A stretch of DNA of 64,000 bases from Microcoleus sp. (GTDB taxonomy: Bacteria; Cyanobacteriota; Cyanobacteriia; Cyanobacteriales; Microcoleaceae). Every line of letters begins with the position of its first letter. Position 1 is the stretch's first letter. A program made the position numbers and the translations under genes. The stretch lies in assembly GCA_042408215.1 (NCBI GenBank), contig JAYFMW010000007.1:64001-128000 (forward strand). Reading direction: 5' to 3'. This document shows, piece after piece, positions 32,604-43,858 of the stretch. The notes beneath the pieces are model-generated. The model searched no databases. It saw only the letters and a program-made list of their open reading frames with translations, and had not been told where the DNA came from.

Positions 32604-33401
32604 ATGAATGCTGAAGAATTACTAAGACGATATGCTGATGGTGAAAGAGATTTTGCTGAGGTTGATTTGAGCGGTGTCGATTTGAACAAGGCAAATCTCC
32701 TTGATATCAGTCTCGCCAATGCCAATCTGATTAATGCTAACTTTAGTTATGCTGACTTGATTAATGCTAACTTGAGTGGTGCTAACTTGAGCAATGCTAA
32801 CTTGAATTGTATTGACTTGAACGACGCTAACTTGAGCAATGCTAACTTGAGCGAGGCTCACTTGGATGGTGCTCAGTTGATTAATGCTAATTTTAGTGGT
32901 GCTAACTTGAGAGAAGCTTGGTTGGAAGGGGCTGACTTGAGTGGAGCCAATCTAAGTAATGCCTGCTTGGAAAATGCAACTTTGCACTATGCTGACGCGA
33001 CTGATGCCAACCTCAGTGGAGCTAATTTGAAAAATGGTTTTTTATCTAGGCTCAACTGTGAAAATACTAACCTCACTGGAGCCGACCTCAGCGATGCAGA
33101 CCTCGGTGAAGCTGGTTTTGACAAAGCAACTCTAATTGGCGCGAATCTAAGTAACACCAAGCTGCATCAAACAGGGTTTGAAAATTCCGATCTTACTGGA
33201 GCTAACTTTAGTGGTTCAATTATGGATGAAACATCGTTTGATGGTTCAAATCTCAGTCACGCTAATCTGATGGGAGTTCAGCCAGAACCTAGTCTGATGG
33301 CAAAGAAGGTTAGGCTTATGGGAAAAGGGTTTGAAGAAGCTATCTTATGTAAGACTATCATGCCTGATGGTAGCATCCGCAATGATAATTGTACAGCTTG
33401 A
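32604..33401 (+). CDS. Pentapeptide repeat protein (candidate immunity)
   Basis: A(N/D)LXX repeats; N-cap EELLRRYADGERDF, C-cap LCKTIMPDG. Confidence 0.92.
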   Translation: MNAEELLRRYADGERDFAEVDLSGVDLNKANLLDISLANANLINANFSYADLINANLSGANLSNANLNCIDLNDANLSNANLSEAHLDGAQLINANFSGANLREAWLEGADLSGANLSNACLENATLHYADATDANLSGANLKNGFLSRLNCENTNLTGADLSDADLGEAGFDKATLIGANLSNTKLHQTGFENSDLTGANFSGSIMDETSFDGSNLSHANLMGVQPEPSLMAKKVRLMGKGFEEAILCKTIMPDGSIRNDNCTA

Positions 33402-33626
33402 TTAATGCTAAACATTACTGAAAACATATCTACCTTCCGTTTGAAAATTCATCATATTTCTGTTTCGACCCACGTCTGATAAATTAATATAAATCCGCGT
33501 TAAATATCCTCTTTATAATTAACCTCAGCAGCGGTAATATGAAGTTGAGGGCGATCGCATTGGAATAGCAAAACAAAGAATAATTGTACTATAATTCAGA
33601 AGTTAAAATAATTGACTAGATAATTT

Positions 33627-34427
33627 ATGAACGCTGAAGAATTGCTCGAACGGTATACCAGTGGAGAAAGACACTTTGCTGGGGTTGACTTGAGCGGTGT
33701 CGATTTGAACAAGGCAAAGCTCATTGATATCAATCTCGCCAATGCTATTTTGATTAATGCTAACTTGACGAGTACTCATTTGAGTGGTGCTGACTTGAGT
33801 GGTGCTAACTTGAGCGAGGCTAACTTGGATTGTATTCACTTGACCGAGGCTAACTTGACCGAGGCTAACTTGACCGAGGCTAACTTGGATGGCGCTGAGT
33901 TGATTAAGGCTAATTTTAGTGGTGCTAACTTGAAAGGAGCTTGGTTGGAAGGGGCTGACTTGACGGGAGCTAATCTAAGTAATGCCTGCTTAGAAAACGC
34001 AACTTTGCACTATGCTGACGTGACTGATGCCAACCTCAGTGGAGCTAATTTGAAAAATGGTTTTTTATCTCGGCTCCACTGTCAAAATACAAACCTCACT
34101 GGAGCCGACCTCAGCGATGCAGATGTCACTGAAGCTGGTTTTTATAAAGCAACTCTAATTGGCGCAAATCTGAGTAACACCCAGTTGCATCAAACAGGGT
34201 TTACTAATTCAGATCTTACTGGAGCAAACCTCAGTGGTGCGATTCTAGAGGAAACATCATTTGATGGTTCAAATCTGTGCAATGCTAATCTGATGGGAGC
34301 TAGAGGAGAGCCTGAATATGGCCCAAATACAACAATCAATCTTTGCGGAGAATGGGAAGACGCTACCTTGTGCAATACTGTCATGCCAGATGGAACGATC
34401 CGAAACGATAATTGCCCAGAGCGATAA
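33627..34427 (+). CDS. Pentapeptide repeat protein (candidate immunity)
   Basis: Paralog 1023 bp after the previous gene. Confidence 0.92.
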   Translation: MNAEELLERYTSGERHFAGVDLSGVDLNKAKLIDINLANAILINANLTSTHLSGADLSGANLSEANLDCIHLTEANLTEANLTEANLDGAELIKANFSGANLKGAWLEGADLTGANLSNACLENATLHYADVTDANLSGANLKNGFLSRLHCQNTNLTGADLSDADVTEAGFYKATLIGANLSNTQLHQTGFTNSDLTGANLSGAILEETSFDGSNLCNANLMGARGEPEYGPNTTINLCGEWEDATLCNTVMPDGTIRNDNCPER

Positions 34428-34649
34428 ATGCTAAACATTGCTGAAAACATATCTACCCTCCGTTTGAATATTTATCATATTTCTGTGTCGATAGGCGTCA
34501 GATAAATTAATACAAATCCGCGTTAAATATCCCCTTTATAATTAACCGCACCAGCGCGACTAGGAGGTTAACTGCGATCGGATAGGACTAGCAAAACATA
34601 GGATAATTGTACTATAATTCAAAAGTTAAAATAATTGACTAGATAATTT

Positions 34650-35447
34650 ATGAACGCTGAAGAATTGCTCGAACGGTATACCAGTGGAGAAAGACACTTT
34701 GCTGGGGTTGACTTGAGCGGTGTCGATTTGAACAAGGCAAAGCTCATTGATATCAATCTCGCCAATGCTATTTTGATTAATGCTAACTTGACGAGTACTC
34801 ATTTGAGTGGTGCTGACTTGAGTGGTGCTAACTTGAGCGAGGCTAACTTGGATTGTATTCACTTGACCGAGGCTAACTTGACCGAGGCTAACTTGACCGA
34901 GGCTAACTTGGATGGCGCTGAGTTGATTAAGGCTAATTTTAGTGGTGCTAACTTGAAAGGAGCTTGGTTACAAGGGGCTGACTTGACGGGAGCTAATCTA
35001 AGTAATGCCTGCTTAGAAAACGCAACTTTGCACTATGCTGACGTGACTGATGCCAACCTCAGTGGAGCTAATTTGAAAAATGGTTTTTTATCTCGGCTCA
35101 ACTGCCAAAATACAAACCTCACTGGAGCCGACCTCAGCGATGCAGACCTCGGTGAAGCTGGTTTTTATGAAGCGACTCTAATTGGCGCGAATCTAAGTAA
35201 TACCAAGTTGCATCAAACAGGGTTTTGGAATTCTAACCTAAGTAAAGCTAACTTTAGTGGTGCGATTATGGATGAAACATCATTTGATGGTTCAAATCTG
35301 TGCCACGCTAATCTGATGGGAGCTAGACCCGATCCTGAATATGACGACTCAAATATAATCAATCTTTGCGGAAAATGGGAAGACGCTACCTTGTGCAATA
35401 CTATCATGCCAGATGGAACGATCCGAAATGATAATTGTACAGCTTGA
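34650..35447 (+). CDS. Pentapeptide repeat protein (candidate immunity, facing cassette E)
   Basis: Paralog 1023 bp after the previous gene. Confidence 0.92.
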   Translation: MNAEELLERYTSGERHFAGVDLSGVDLNKAKLIDINLANAILINANLTSTHLSGADLSGANLSEANLDCIHLTEANLTEANLTEANLDGAELIKANFSGANLKGAWLQGADLTGANLSNACLENATLHYADVTDANLSGANLKNGFLSRLNCQNTNLTGADLSDADLGEAGFYEATLIGANLSNTKLHQTGFWNSNLSKANFSGAIMDETSFDGSNLCHANLMGARPDPEYDDSNIINLCGKWEDATLCNTIMPDGTIRNDNCTA

Positions 35448-35514
35448 GGAATGCTAAACATTACTAAAAACAGATATTCATCTGATTTCTGTTTCAATAG
35501 GAGTCAGATAAATT

Positions 35515-35635
35515 AATACAAATCCGCGTTAAATATCCCTTTTATAATTAACCGCACCAGCGCGACTAGGGCCGAGAGGGAGATCGAGAGAGTTGGGGAA
35601 GAACATAAAGGGGATTTTAACGCGGATTCGGTATT
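35515..35635. repeat. 31-bp inverted repeat between the convergent pentapeptide and nuclease genes
   Basis: aatacaaatccgcgttaaatatcccttttat (35515-35545) pairs with ataaaggggattttaacgcggattcggtatt (35605-35635). Confidence 0.75.
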
Positions 35636-35640
35636 ATTTA

Positions 35641-38600
35641 TTATTCCTCCTCAAGTTCCTCAGATTCACCCTCAAGCTCCTCAAGTTCCTCTTCCGGCTC
35701 TGTAGGGTCTTCGGGAAGTGGCGGTGGATTTGATTTCCAAGGAAGGCTAGCCCAAGTATCTCCAATAGATTCTTTACTGGGAAAGATGTATTTGATATCT
35801 TTGATATCTTGTTTTATTTCTTGAGGAAGAAGAGGGAATAGATCGTAGCCGATCTTGGTTTCTATTTCTTCAAGAGACCAGACAGGACGTTGAGTGAGAT
35901 CGTCAATCTTACTCCAATCCTTGTTTCTCCAGCCTTCGGCAATGTTACGGGGGTCTTGATTTGGATAATAAAAACCAACGGCATATACAGGAGTTGCGCT
36001 AGGGTCTGCACCCGGCTTATCCAAAACCACCATGACTTTCCATATATTTGCTGGAATTTGAATATCTTTACCGCCCGCATCCAAATTGTCCTTAATGCCA
36101 TCAATGCCATTAATGACATAGACTTCTTTACCGTTTAGCGCAAAATCTTGCCCGTAGTTTTCAAATTTCTCCCAAAAACTTACGCTATTATGTTTCGTCT
36201 GCTGTGGAACAATATTTGTTAGCAGATTGACAGCTTTACTGTCCTTGAGAGTAATACTGCGAGATGCCAGAGGTGTTTGATGACCTCCAACATAAGGAGC
36301 TCTATTTTTATAATCAGCGTTTGTCACTTGGTAAAAATCTGGTGGAAGGCTGCGATCGTTAGTGAAACCGCGCTTACTAGGATTTTGCTCTCCTGTCAAA
36401 TATATCGATGATTTATTGATCTGGAAACTCGCCCAGTTAGGTATATTTCCAGTACCGTTGTAAGACAGAGTATACTGCGGTTTTTCAAGCAGCAAGTTGT
36501 CTTTATAGAGATTCCCATCATAAGCAGCACCGCTATACCTTGCTGGACTGCTGCCATTCTTGGGTGTCGGTTCCCCAAATTTAAGAGAACTACTCTTGAA
36601 AAAGACATCATCTAAGTAAACCGCGTCGCTACCTTCCAATTCAAATTTGAGCGTCGCTGTTTTACCTCGGAACTTATCTAATTCTTTTTGTTGGGTTGAC
36701 CCTTGATAGAAAGTGTCAAATACATTAAAAGTTTCAAAACCTCTAGTCGCATATCCAAGTTTACGGGCAGCATCTTTTTCGAGATCGTTGTTGTAGAAAG
36801 AGTCTGATGTTCCTGTTAGAAAATTAGCTTCATCGAGAAGAATAATTTCAGTTATCTCTTCACCAGAAGCTACATCTTTTAGAGTAACTTTAAGCTTCCC
36901 ATGTCCATTAGCTGCTTCTTTGGGAACATGAATGTTGAACCGCAAAGACCCCCAATCTGGTACAACAAAGCGGTTGTGCGTCATGCTGTCACCACCCTTT
37001 AATTCCAGAGCATAGTTAGAGAAGTTAGGGTCATTACTATCAATACCCATCCTTTCTAGATAAGAGGTTCCAGGGATCTCATTGTTGTGTCGTAGGCTAC
37101 GTTGTTTGAGACTATCAATGGTACTCCAATTTACTAAATGCTTCGTGGGGTCTGCCAACTTTGATGTGGCACTATTGTGGAAAGACCACCCCGGAATTTC
37201 CTGAGAGATAGCATTCCGACCCAAATTTTCGGCAGCACTCTTATTAGGAATGTACTGGTCAAAATTCCCATTAAACAGAGTAGGAACCGCATAATCTCCC
37301 CGCATCCCAGCTTCAAGCGTATTATCAAAACTCACCGGAACGCGCCCAGTAGGGCTATACTGACGCTGCTCTTTACCTCCACCCAAAACAGAATAAAACC
37401 AACCCTCACCAACCCCTTCACCATTGCCATTATCATACCAAGGTTTAGCTGCCGGGAAATTCGGATCGAACATTTCGGGTAAACCCATTTTACCCAACAT
37501 ATCGTTAACTGCTTGAGGCTTCTCAGAAGCCTCCACATGAGGATACTGAAGTAAAACTTCCTCCAAGTCTAAATCAACTGTCCCCGCATACCATCCAAAT
37601 GCTCGCTTGTGCGTCCCTGCAATAACATCATCCTTAGTAAACCCAATCCGACTGTTTATCCGATCTGGTTCCTCCTCACGAGTACCGAGTAAAATCTCTC
37701 GGTCTGCCTTCCCTAAAGTAACACCCGACGCTTTAGGAAAATTCAGTCCAGCGGGTTTGGGATTCTTATCCAATTCCTCTTGTGGAAGTAGACCCAAAGC
37801 ACGACCATTAGGAGTAGCAGTACCACCATTCGGGTCAGCCACAGTTTGATAATAGTTATCAGCAAACGTAACATTATTCCAAACCTGAACCTTGGGTTCG
37901 TAGAAATCGCTGAAATTTGTTTCGATAAATTCCAGTAAATTTAATTTCAAACTAGGTTGGTAGAAATCGTGCGGGTCGATTGTTGTCATTTGGAGGTCTC
38001 GTGAGGCCATAGATTTGCCGCCCGCTTGGGGGAAAAAAGTCCCTAAACGCTGTACGATTTCGCTATTGACAACAGTACCCCGACTGAAACCCATGAAGTG
38101 CAGTGGCGAGTTGAACAAATCCCCCTGAGTGCGAATCAGGTTCCCTTGGCTGTCGTACAACCGCTTTAATTGATTGTTTTCATACTCTCCAACCTTACCC
38201 CCTAATGCCAGATCCAACTGCACCATAGAAGCAAACAAAGCATCAGCCGCGCCCTCAGAAAAGCCAACGTCAGGAATGACTGATTCTCTGTCCAACGACC
38301 ATTCATTCAGCAACACTAACGGTTTGTTATTGTTGAGGTATTTAATCTCCTTTCCATCTATAACCACACCTTTTTTTAACTTATTTGCCAAAGTTGATAA
38401 ATAAGCTGTTTCGCTGGTGTTAAGCCCGTCGGTCAACTCAGTTATTACCCGTCCCTGTAAATCTATAGGAATCCAGTTGCCTGTAGGCTTGTCGTAACGC
38501 ATAATTAACCCGCTGTTTTCCGGTGTATTGCCGCTAACAGTGGCAATTTTATTGGTCATTTGGAAAAAGGAATCAGGAATCCCAGACTGCACCGGCAAAA

Positions 38601-39094
38601 GTGTAAAACCATGAGTCAACACGCTCACGCTGCTGAAAGGACTGTTGCTAACAGGAAGTAAAGTTTTAAACTGCCCCAAATCTTTGGTCACAGCGCCGCT
38701 CTTACTCACAGCTTCAACAGCAAAATTGTAGTTCTGGCCCGCAGTAAGACTCCTCGGTAGCGTGAAGTTAGTGCTAGTATTTGCGGGGTCATTTAAAGGT
38801 TGGTCAAGAGGCGTAATCCCGTCGTGCCCGTACCACTTGCCAGTATCTTTCTTCCAAGTCGCCGTCAGAATCCGGTTGGGATTGAAGTCGTCATAACCGT
38901 TCCAAGGCTTGGAAAGAAGTTGACGCTTTTGTGTTTCCGAGAAGCCGGGAAGGAGTGCCGAATCTGATAAATCGACGACTTTATCCCAGGGCAATAAACC
39001 CTTGCCTTGCTCGAACGTACTGACAAAAAGATTGACCTCTTTCACATTCTCCCAACCAGGAGCAAACTGCCATTGAAAAGTAGGAGTCAGGTCA
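35641..39094 (-). CDS. Cassette E: 5'-truncated toxin copy (hydrolase domain plus NucA-like nuclease, acidic tail)
   Basis: Homology to the longer copies begins abruptly at DLTPTFQWQFAPGW; GFSRG; EKPQYTLSYN...NWASF...GGHQTP...TNIVPQ. Confidence 0.82.
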
Positions 39095-39145
39095 GAGGAT
39101 GATTGTACTATAATTCAGAAGTTAAACTAATTGAATAGATAATTT

Positions 39146-39964
39146 ATGAACGCTGAAGAATTGCTCCGACGGTATGCTGCTGGTGAGAGGAATTTTGCTG
39201 GGGTTGATTTGAGCGGTGTCGATTTGAACAAGGCAAATCTCCTTGAGATCAATCTCGCCAATGCCAATCTGATTAATGCTAACTTGAGTTATGCTGACTT
39301 GAGTGGTGCTGACTTGAGCAATGCTAACTCGATCAATGCTAACTTGCGTTGTATTGACTTGATTAATGCTAACTTGAGTAATGCTAACTTGAGCGAGGCT
39401 AACTTGGATGGCGCTCAGTTGATTAATGCTAATTTTAGTGGTGCTAACTTGAAAGGAGCTTGGTTGGAAGGGGCTGACTTGACTGGAGCTAATTTCAGTA
39501 ATGCCTGCTTAGAAAAAGCCAACTTAGGTCATACTGACTTAACTGATGCCAACCTCAGTGGAGTCAATTTAAAAAGTGGTTTTTTATCAGGAGTAAACTG
39601 TGAAAATACTAACCTCAACGGAGCCGATATCAGCGATGGAGATATCACTGAAGCCTACTTTGAAAAAGCGACTCTAATTGGCACGAATCTAAGTAATACC
39701 AAGTTGCATCAAACTGGGTTTTGGAATTCTGACCTAACTGGAGCTAATTTCAGCGGTGCAGTTCTCGATGAAACTTCGTTTGAAGGAGCCAATCTCAGCA
39801 ATGCTAATCTAAAGGGGGCTCAACCAGAACCTACTCTCCTCACACAGAGGATTAGGTTGATGGGGAAAGGGTTTGAAGAAGCTATCTTATGTAAGACTAT
39901 CATGCCTGATGGCAGTATCCGCAATGATAATTGTATGCCTGAACAATCCAATGAGCTAATATAA
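39146..39964 (+). CDS. Pentapeptide repeat protein (candidate immunity, facing cassette D)
   Basis: Close paralog of the 32604-35447 genes. Confidence 0.92.
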   Translation: MNAEELLRRYAAGERNFAGVDLSGVDLNKANLLEINLANANLINANLSYADLSGADLSNANSINANLRCIDLINANLSNANLSEANLDGAQLINANFSGANLKGAWLEGADLTGANFSNACLEKANLGHTDLTDANLSGVNLKSGFLSGVNCENTNLNGADISDGDITEAYFEKATLIGTNLSNTKLHQTGFWNSDLTGANFSGAVLDETSFEGANLSNANLKGAQPEPTLLTQRIRLMGKGFEEAILCKTIMPDGSIRNDNCMPEQSNELI

Positions 39965-39998
39965 AAATTTTCAGATCCAGACAATACAAAGTGGGGAT

Positions 39999-40033
39999 AA
40001 AAAATCAGGCTTCTTGGAGAAGCCTGGTTTTTT
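39999..40033. terminator. Bidirectional terminator-like hairpin
   Basis: aaaaatcaggcttc-ttgga-gaagcctggtttttt between convergent stops. Confidence 0.7.
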
Positions 40034-40066
40034 GCTACATTACACTCATCGGAAAACCTCTATCAA

Positions 40067-43000
40067 TTATTCACTCTCAAGTTCCTCAGATTCCTCTTCT
40101 GGATCTGTAGGGTCTTCTGGAGGTGGCGGTGGATTTGATTTCCAAGGAAGGCTATCCCAAGTATCTCCAATAGATTTTTGCTTTGGAAAAATGTACTTGA
40201 TATCTTTGATATCTTTTTTGATTTCTTGAGGAAGAAGAGGGAATAGATCGTAGCCGATCTCGTTTTCTATTTCTTCCAAAGACCAGACAGGACGTTGAGT
40301 ACGATCGTCTATCTTACTCCAATCCTTATTTCTCCACTTTGTGGCAATCTTACCAGGGTCTTCATTTGGATAATAAAAACCAACGGCATAAACGGGAGTT
40401 GTGGTAGGATCTGCACCTGGTTTATCCAAAACCAGCATGACTTTCCACAAATTAGCAGGAATTTGAATAGTTTTACCATCGGCATCAAATCTATCCTTGA
40501 TTCCATGAATGCCATTAATGACATAAACTTCTTTACCTTCCTTGGCAAAATCTTGCCCGTAGTTTTCAAATTTCTCCCACAGTGGGCTGTTATTTTTAAT
40601 CTGTTGTGGAACGATATTAGTCATCAGATTGACAAATCTCTTGTCTTTTATCGTAATGCTGCGAGCTGCTAGAGGTGTTTGATGACCTTGAACGTAACCC
40701 AAGGGGACTGCGCTATCGTAATCATTACTACTTACCCGATTAAAATTGGGTGGAAGGCTTTTGTCTATAATAAAAGATCGCTCAGTAGGATTAGGCTCAC
40801 CTGGCAAATATATCGATGATTTATCGATCTGGAAACTAGCCCAGTTAGGTATGTTTCCAGTACCGTTGTAAGACAGAGTATACTGCGGTTTTTCAAGCAG
40901 CAAGTTGTCTTTATAGAGATTCCCATCATAAGCAGCACCGCTATACCTTGCTGGACTGCTGCCATTCTTGGGTGTCGGTTCCCCAAATTTAAGAGAACTA
41001 CTCTTGAAAAAGACATCATCTAAGTAAACCGCGTCGCTACCTTCCAATTCAAATTTGAGCGTCGCTGTTTTACCTCGGAACTTATCTAATTCTTTTTGTT
41101 GGGTTGACCCTTGATAGAAAGTGTCAAATACATTAAAAGTTTCAAAACCTCTAGTCGCATATCCAAGTTTACGGGCAGCATCTTTTTCGAGATCGTTGTT
41201 GTAGAAAGAGTCTGATGTTCCTGTTAGAAAATTAGCTTCATCGAGAAGAATAATTTCAGTTATCTCTTCACCAGAAGCTACATCTTTTAGAGTAACTTTA
41301 AGCTTCCCATGTCCATTAGCTGCTTCTTTGGGAACATGAATGTTGAACCGCAAAGACCCCCAATCTGGTACAACAAAGCGGTTGTGCGTCATGCTGTCAC
41401 CACCCTTTAATTCCAGAGCATAGTTAGAGAAGTTAGGGTCATTACTATCAATACCCATCCTTTCTAGATAAGAGGTTCCAGGGATCTCATTGTTGTGTCG
41501 TAGGCTACGTTGTTTGAGACTATCAATGGTACTCCAATTTACTAAATGCTTCGTGGGGTCTGCCAACTTTGATGTGGCACTATTGTGGAAAGACCACCCC
41601 GGAATTTCCTGAGAGATAGCATTCCGACCCAAATTTTCGGCAGCACTCTTATTAGGAATGTACTGGTCAAAATTCCCATTAAACAGAGTAGGAACCGCAT
41701 AATCTCCCCGCATCCCAGCTTCAAGCGTATTATCAAAACTCACCGGAACGCGCCCAGTAGGGCTATACTGACGTTGCTCTTTACCACCACCCAAAACAGA
41801 ATAAAACCAACCCTCACCAACCCCTTCACCATTGCCATTATCATACCAAGGTTTAGCAGCCGGGAAATTCGGATCGAACAATTCGGGTAAACCCATTTTA
41901 CCCAACATATCGTTAACTGCTTGAGGCTTCTCAGAAGCCTCCACATGAGGATACTGAAGTAAAACTTCCTCCAGGTCTAAATCAACCGTCCCAGCATACC
42001 ATCCAAATGCTCGCTTGTGCGTCCCTGCAATACTATCATCTTTCGTAAACCCAATCCGACTATTTATCCGATCTGGTTCCCCCTGACGAGTACCGAGTAA
42101 AATCTCTCGGTCTGCTTGCCCTAAAGTAACACCATTAACTGTCGGAAAATTCAGTCCCGCAGGTTTAGGATTCTTATCCAATTCCTCTTGTGGAAGTTGA
42201 CCCAAAGCACGACCGTTGGGAGTAGCAGTCAAACCATTAGGATTAGCCACAGTTTGATAATAGTTATCAGCAAACGTAACATTATTCCAAACCTGAACCT
42301 TTGGTTCGTAGAAATCGCTAAAATTTGTGCTGATAAAACCAGGTAATTGTAAATTCAAACTAGGTTGGTAGAAATCGTGCGGGTCGATTGTTGTCATCTG
42401 GAGGTCTCGGTTAGCCATAGATGTTCCACCAGCTTGGGGGAAGAAAGTTCCTAAACGCTGTACGATTTCGCTATTGACAACAGTACCCCGACTGAAACCC
42501 ATGAAGTGCATGGGCGAATTGAACAAATCCCCCTGCTGGCGAATCAGCTTCCCTTGGCTGTCGTACAACCGCTTTAATTGATTACCTTCATATTCTCCAA
42601 CCTTACCCCCTAATGCCAGATCCAATTGCACCATTGAGGCAAACAAAGCATCAGCAGCACCTTCGGAGAAGCCAACATCGGGAATAACTGACTCCCTATC
42701 CAGCGACCATTCATTCAGCAACACTAACGGTTTGTTCTTGTTGAGGTATTTAATCTCCTTTCCATCTATAACTACCCCGGCTTTTAACTTATTTGCCAAA
42801 GTTGATAAATAAGCTGTTTCGCTGGTGTTAAGCCCGTCGGTCAACTCAGTTATCACCCGTCCCTGTAAATCTATAGGAATCCAGTTACCTGTAGGCTTGT
42901 CGTAGCGCATAATTAACCCGCTGTTTTCAGGTGTGTTGCCGCTAACAGTGGCAATTTTATTTGCCATTTGGAAAAAGGAATCAGGAATCCCAGACTGCAC

Positions 43001-43662
43001 CGGCAAAAGTGTAAAACCATGAGTCAACACACTCACGCTGCTGAAAGGACTGTTGCTAACAGGAGGTATGGTTTGAAACTGCCCCAAATCTTTGGTCACA
43101 GCCCCGCTATTACTCACAGCTTCAACAGCAAAATTGTAGTTCTGCCCCGCAGTAAGACTCCTCGGTAGCGTGAAGTTAGTGCTAGTATTTGCGGGGTCAT
43201 TTAAAGGTTGGTTAAGAGGCGTAATCCCGTCATGGCCGTACCACTTGTTAGTATCTTTCTTCCAAGTCGCCGTCAGAATCCGGTTGGGATTGAAATCGTC
43301 ATAACCGTTCCAAGGCTTGGAAAGAAGTTGACGCTTTTGTGTTTCCGAGAATCCGGGAAGGAGTGCCGAATCTGATAAATTGACAACCTTATCCCAGGGC
43401 AATAAACCCTTCCCTTTATCGAAGGTACTGACAAAAAGATTAACCTCTTTCACATCCTCCCAACCCGGAGCAAACTGCCATTGAAAAGTCGGAGTCAGGT
43501 CACTTGTAGTTGCACCAGACCCCTTCAAATTCAGCCAGTCAGTCGGTGCAATGCTCAAATCCCGTAAATTTCCCCCAGTACCGATGGGTGCGCGTGTTGT
43601 ACCTGACGGCACCCCATAAGTAAACTGATTAGCAGGTCGGTTCTCCTGAAGAATCCCATAGT
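40067..43662 (-). CDS. Cassette D: 5'-truncated toxin copy (hydrolase plus NucA-like nuclease, acidic tail)
   Basis: Homology begins at YGILQENRPANQFTYGV; GFSRG; VQGHQTP...TNIVPQ. Confidence 0.82.
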
Positions 43663-43724
43663 TAAATATCCTAACCTTCTTTTACTCCTTTTTATAATAC
43701 CTAGAGAATTGTAGTATAATTTAT

Positions 43725-43837
43725 AAACATGAATGTTGAACTTCAAAATACCGGATTTAGGCACAACAAACTGATTGTGTGTAATGCTGTTATCAGATGT
43801 TAATCTCAAAGCATAGTTAGGTTTAGCTGGATCGTAG
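43725..43837 (-). pseudogene. Degenerate toxin fragment
   Basis: YDPAKPNYALRLTSDNSITHNQFVVPKSGILKFNIHV matches cassette C YDPAQPNYALKLTSDDSITHNRFVVPDWGTLRFNLHV. Confidence 0.75.
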
Positions 43838-43858
43838 TAGAGATTTAGGAGGAGAGTT

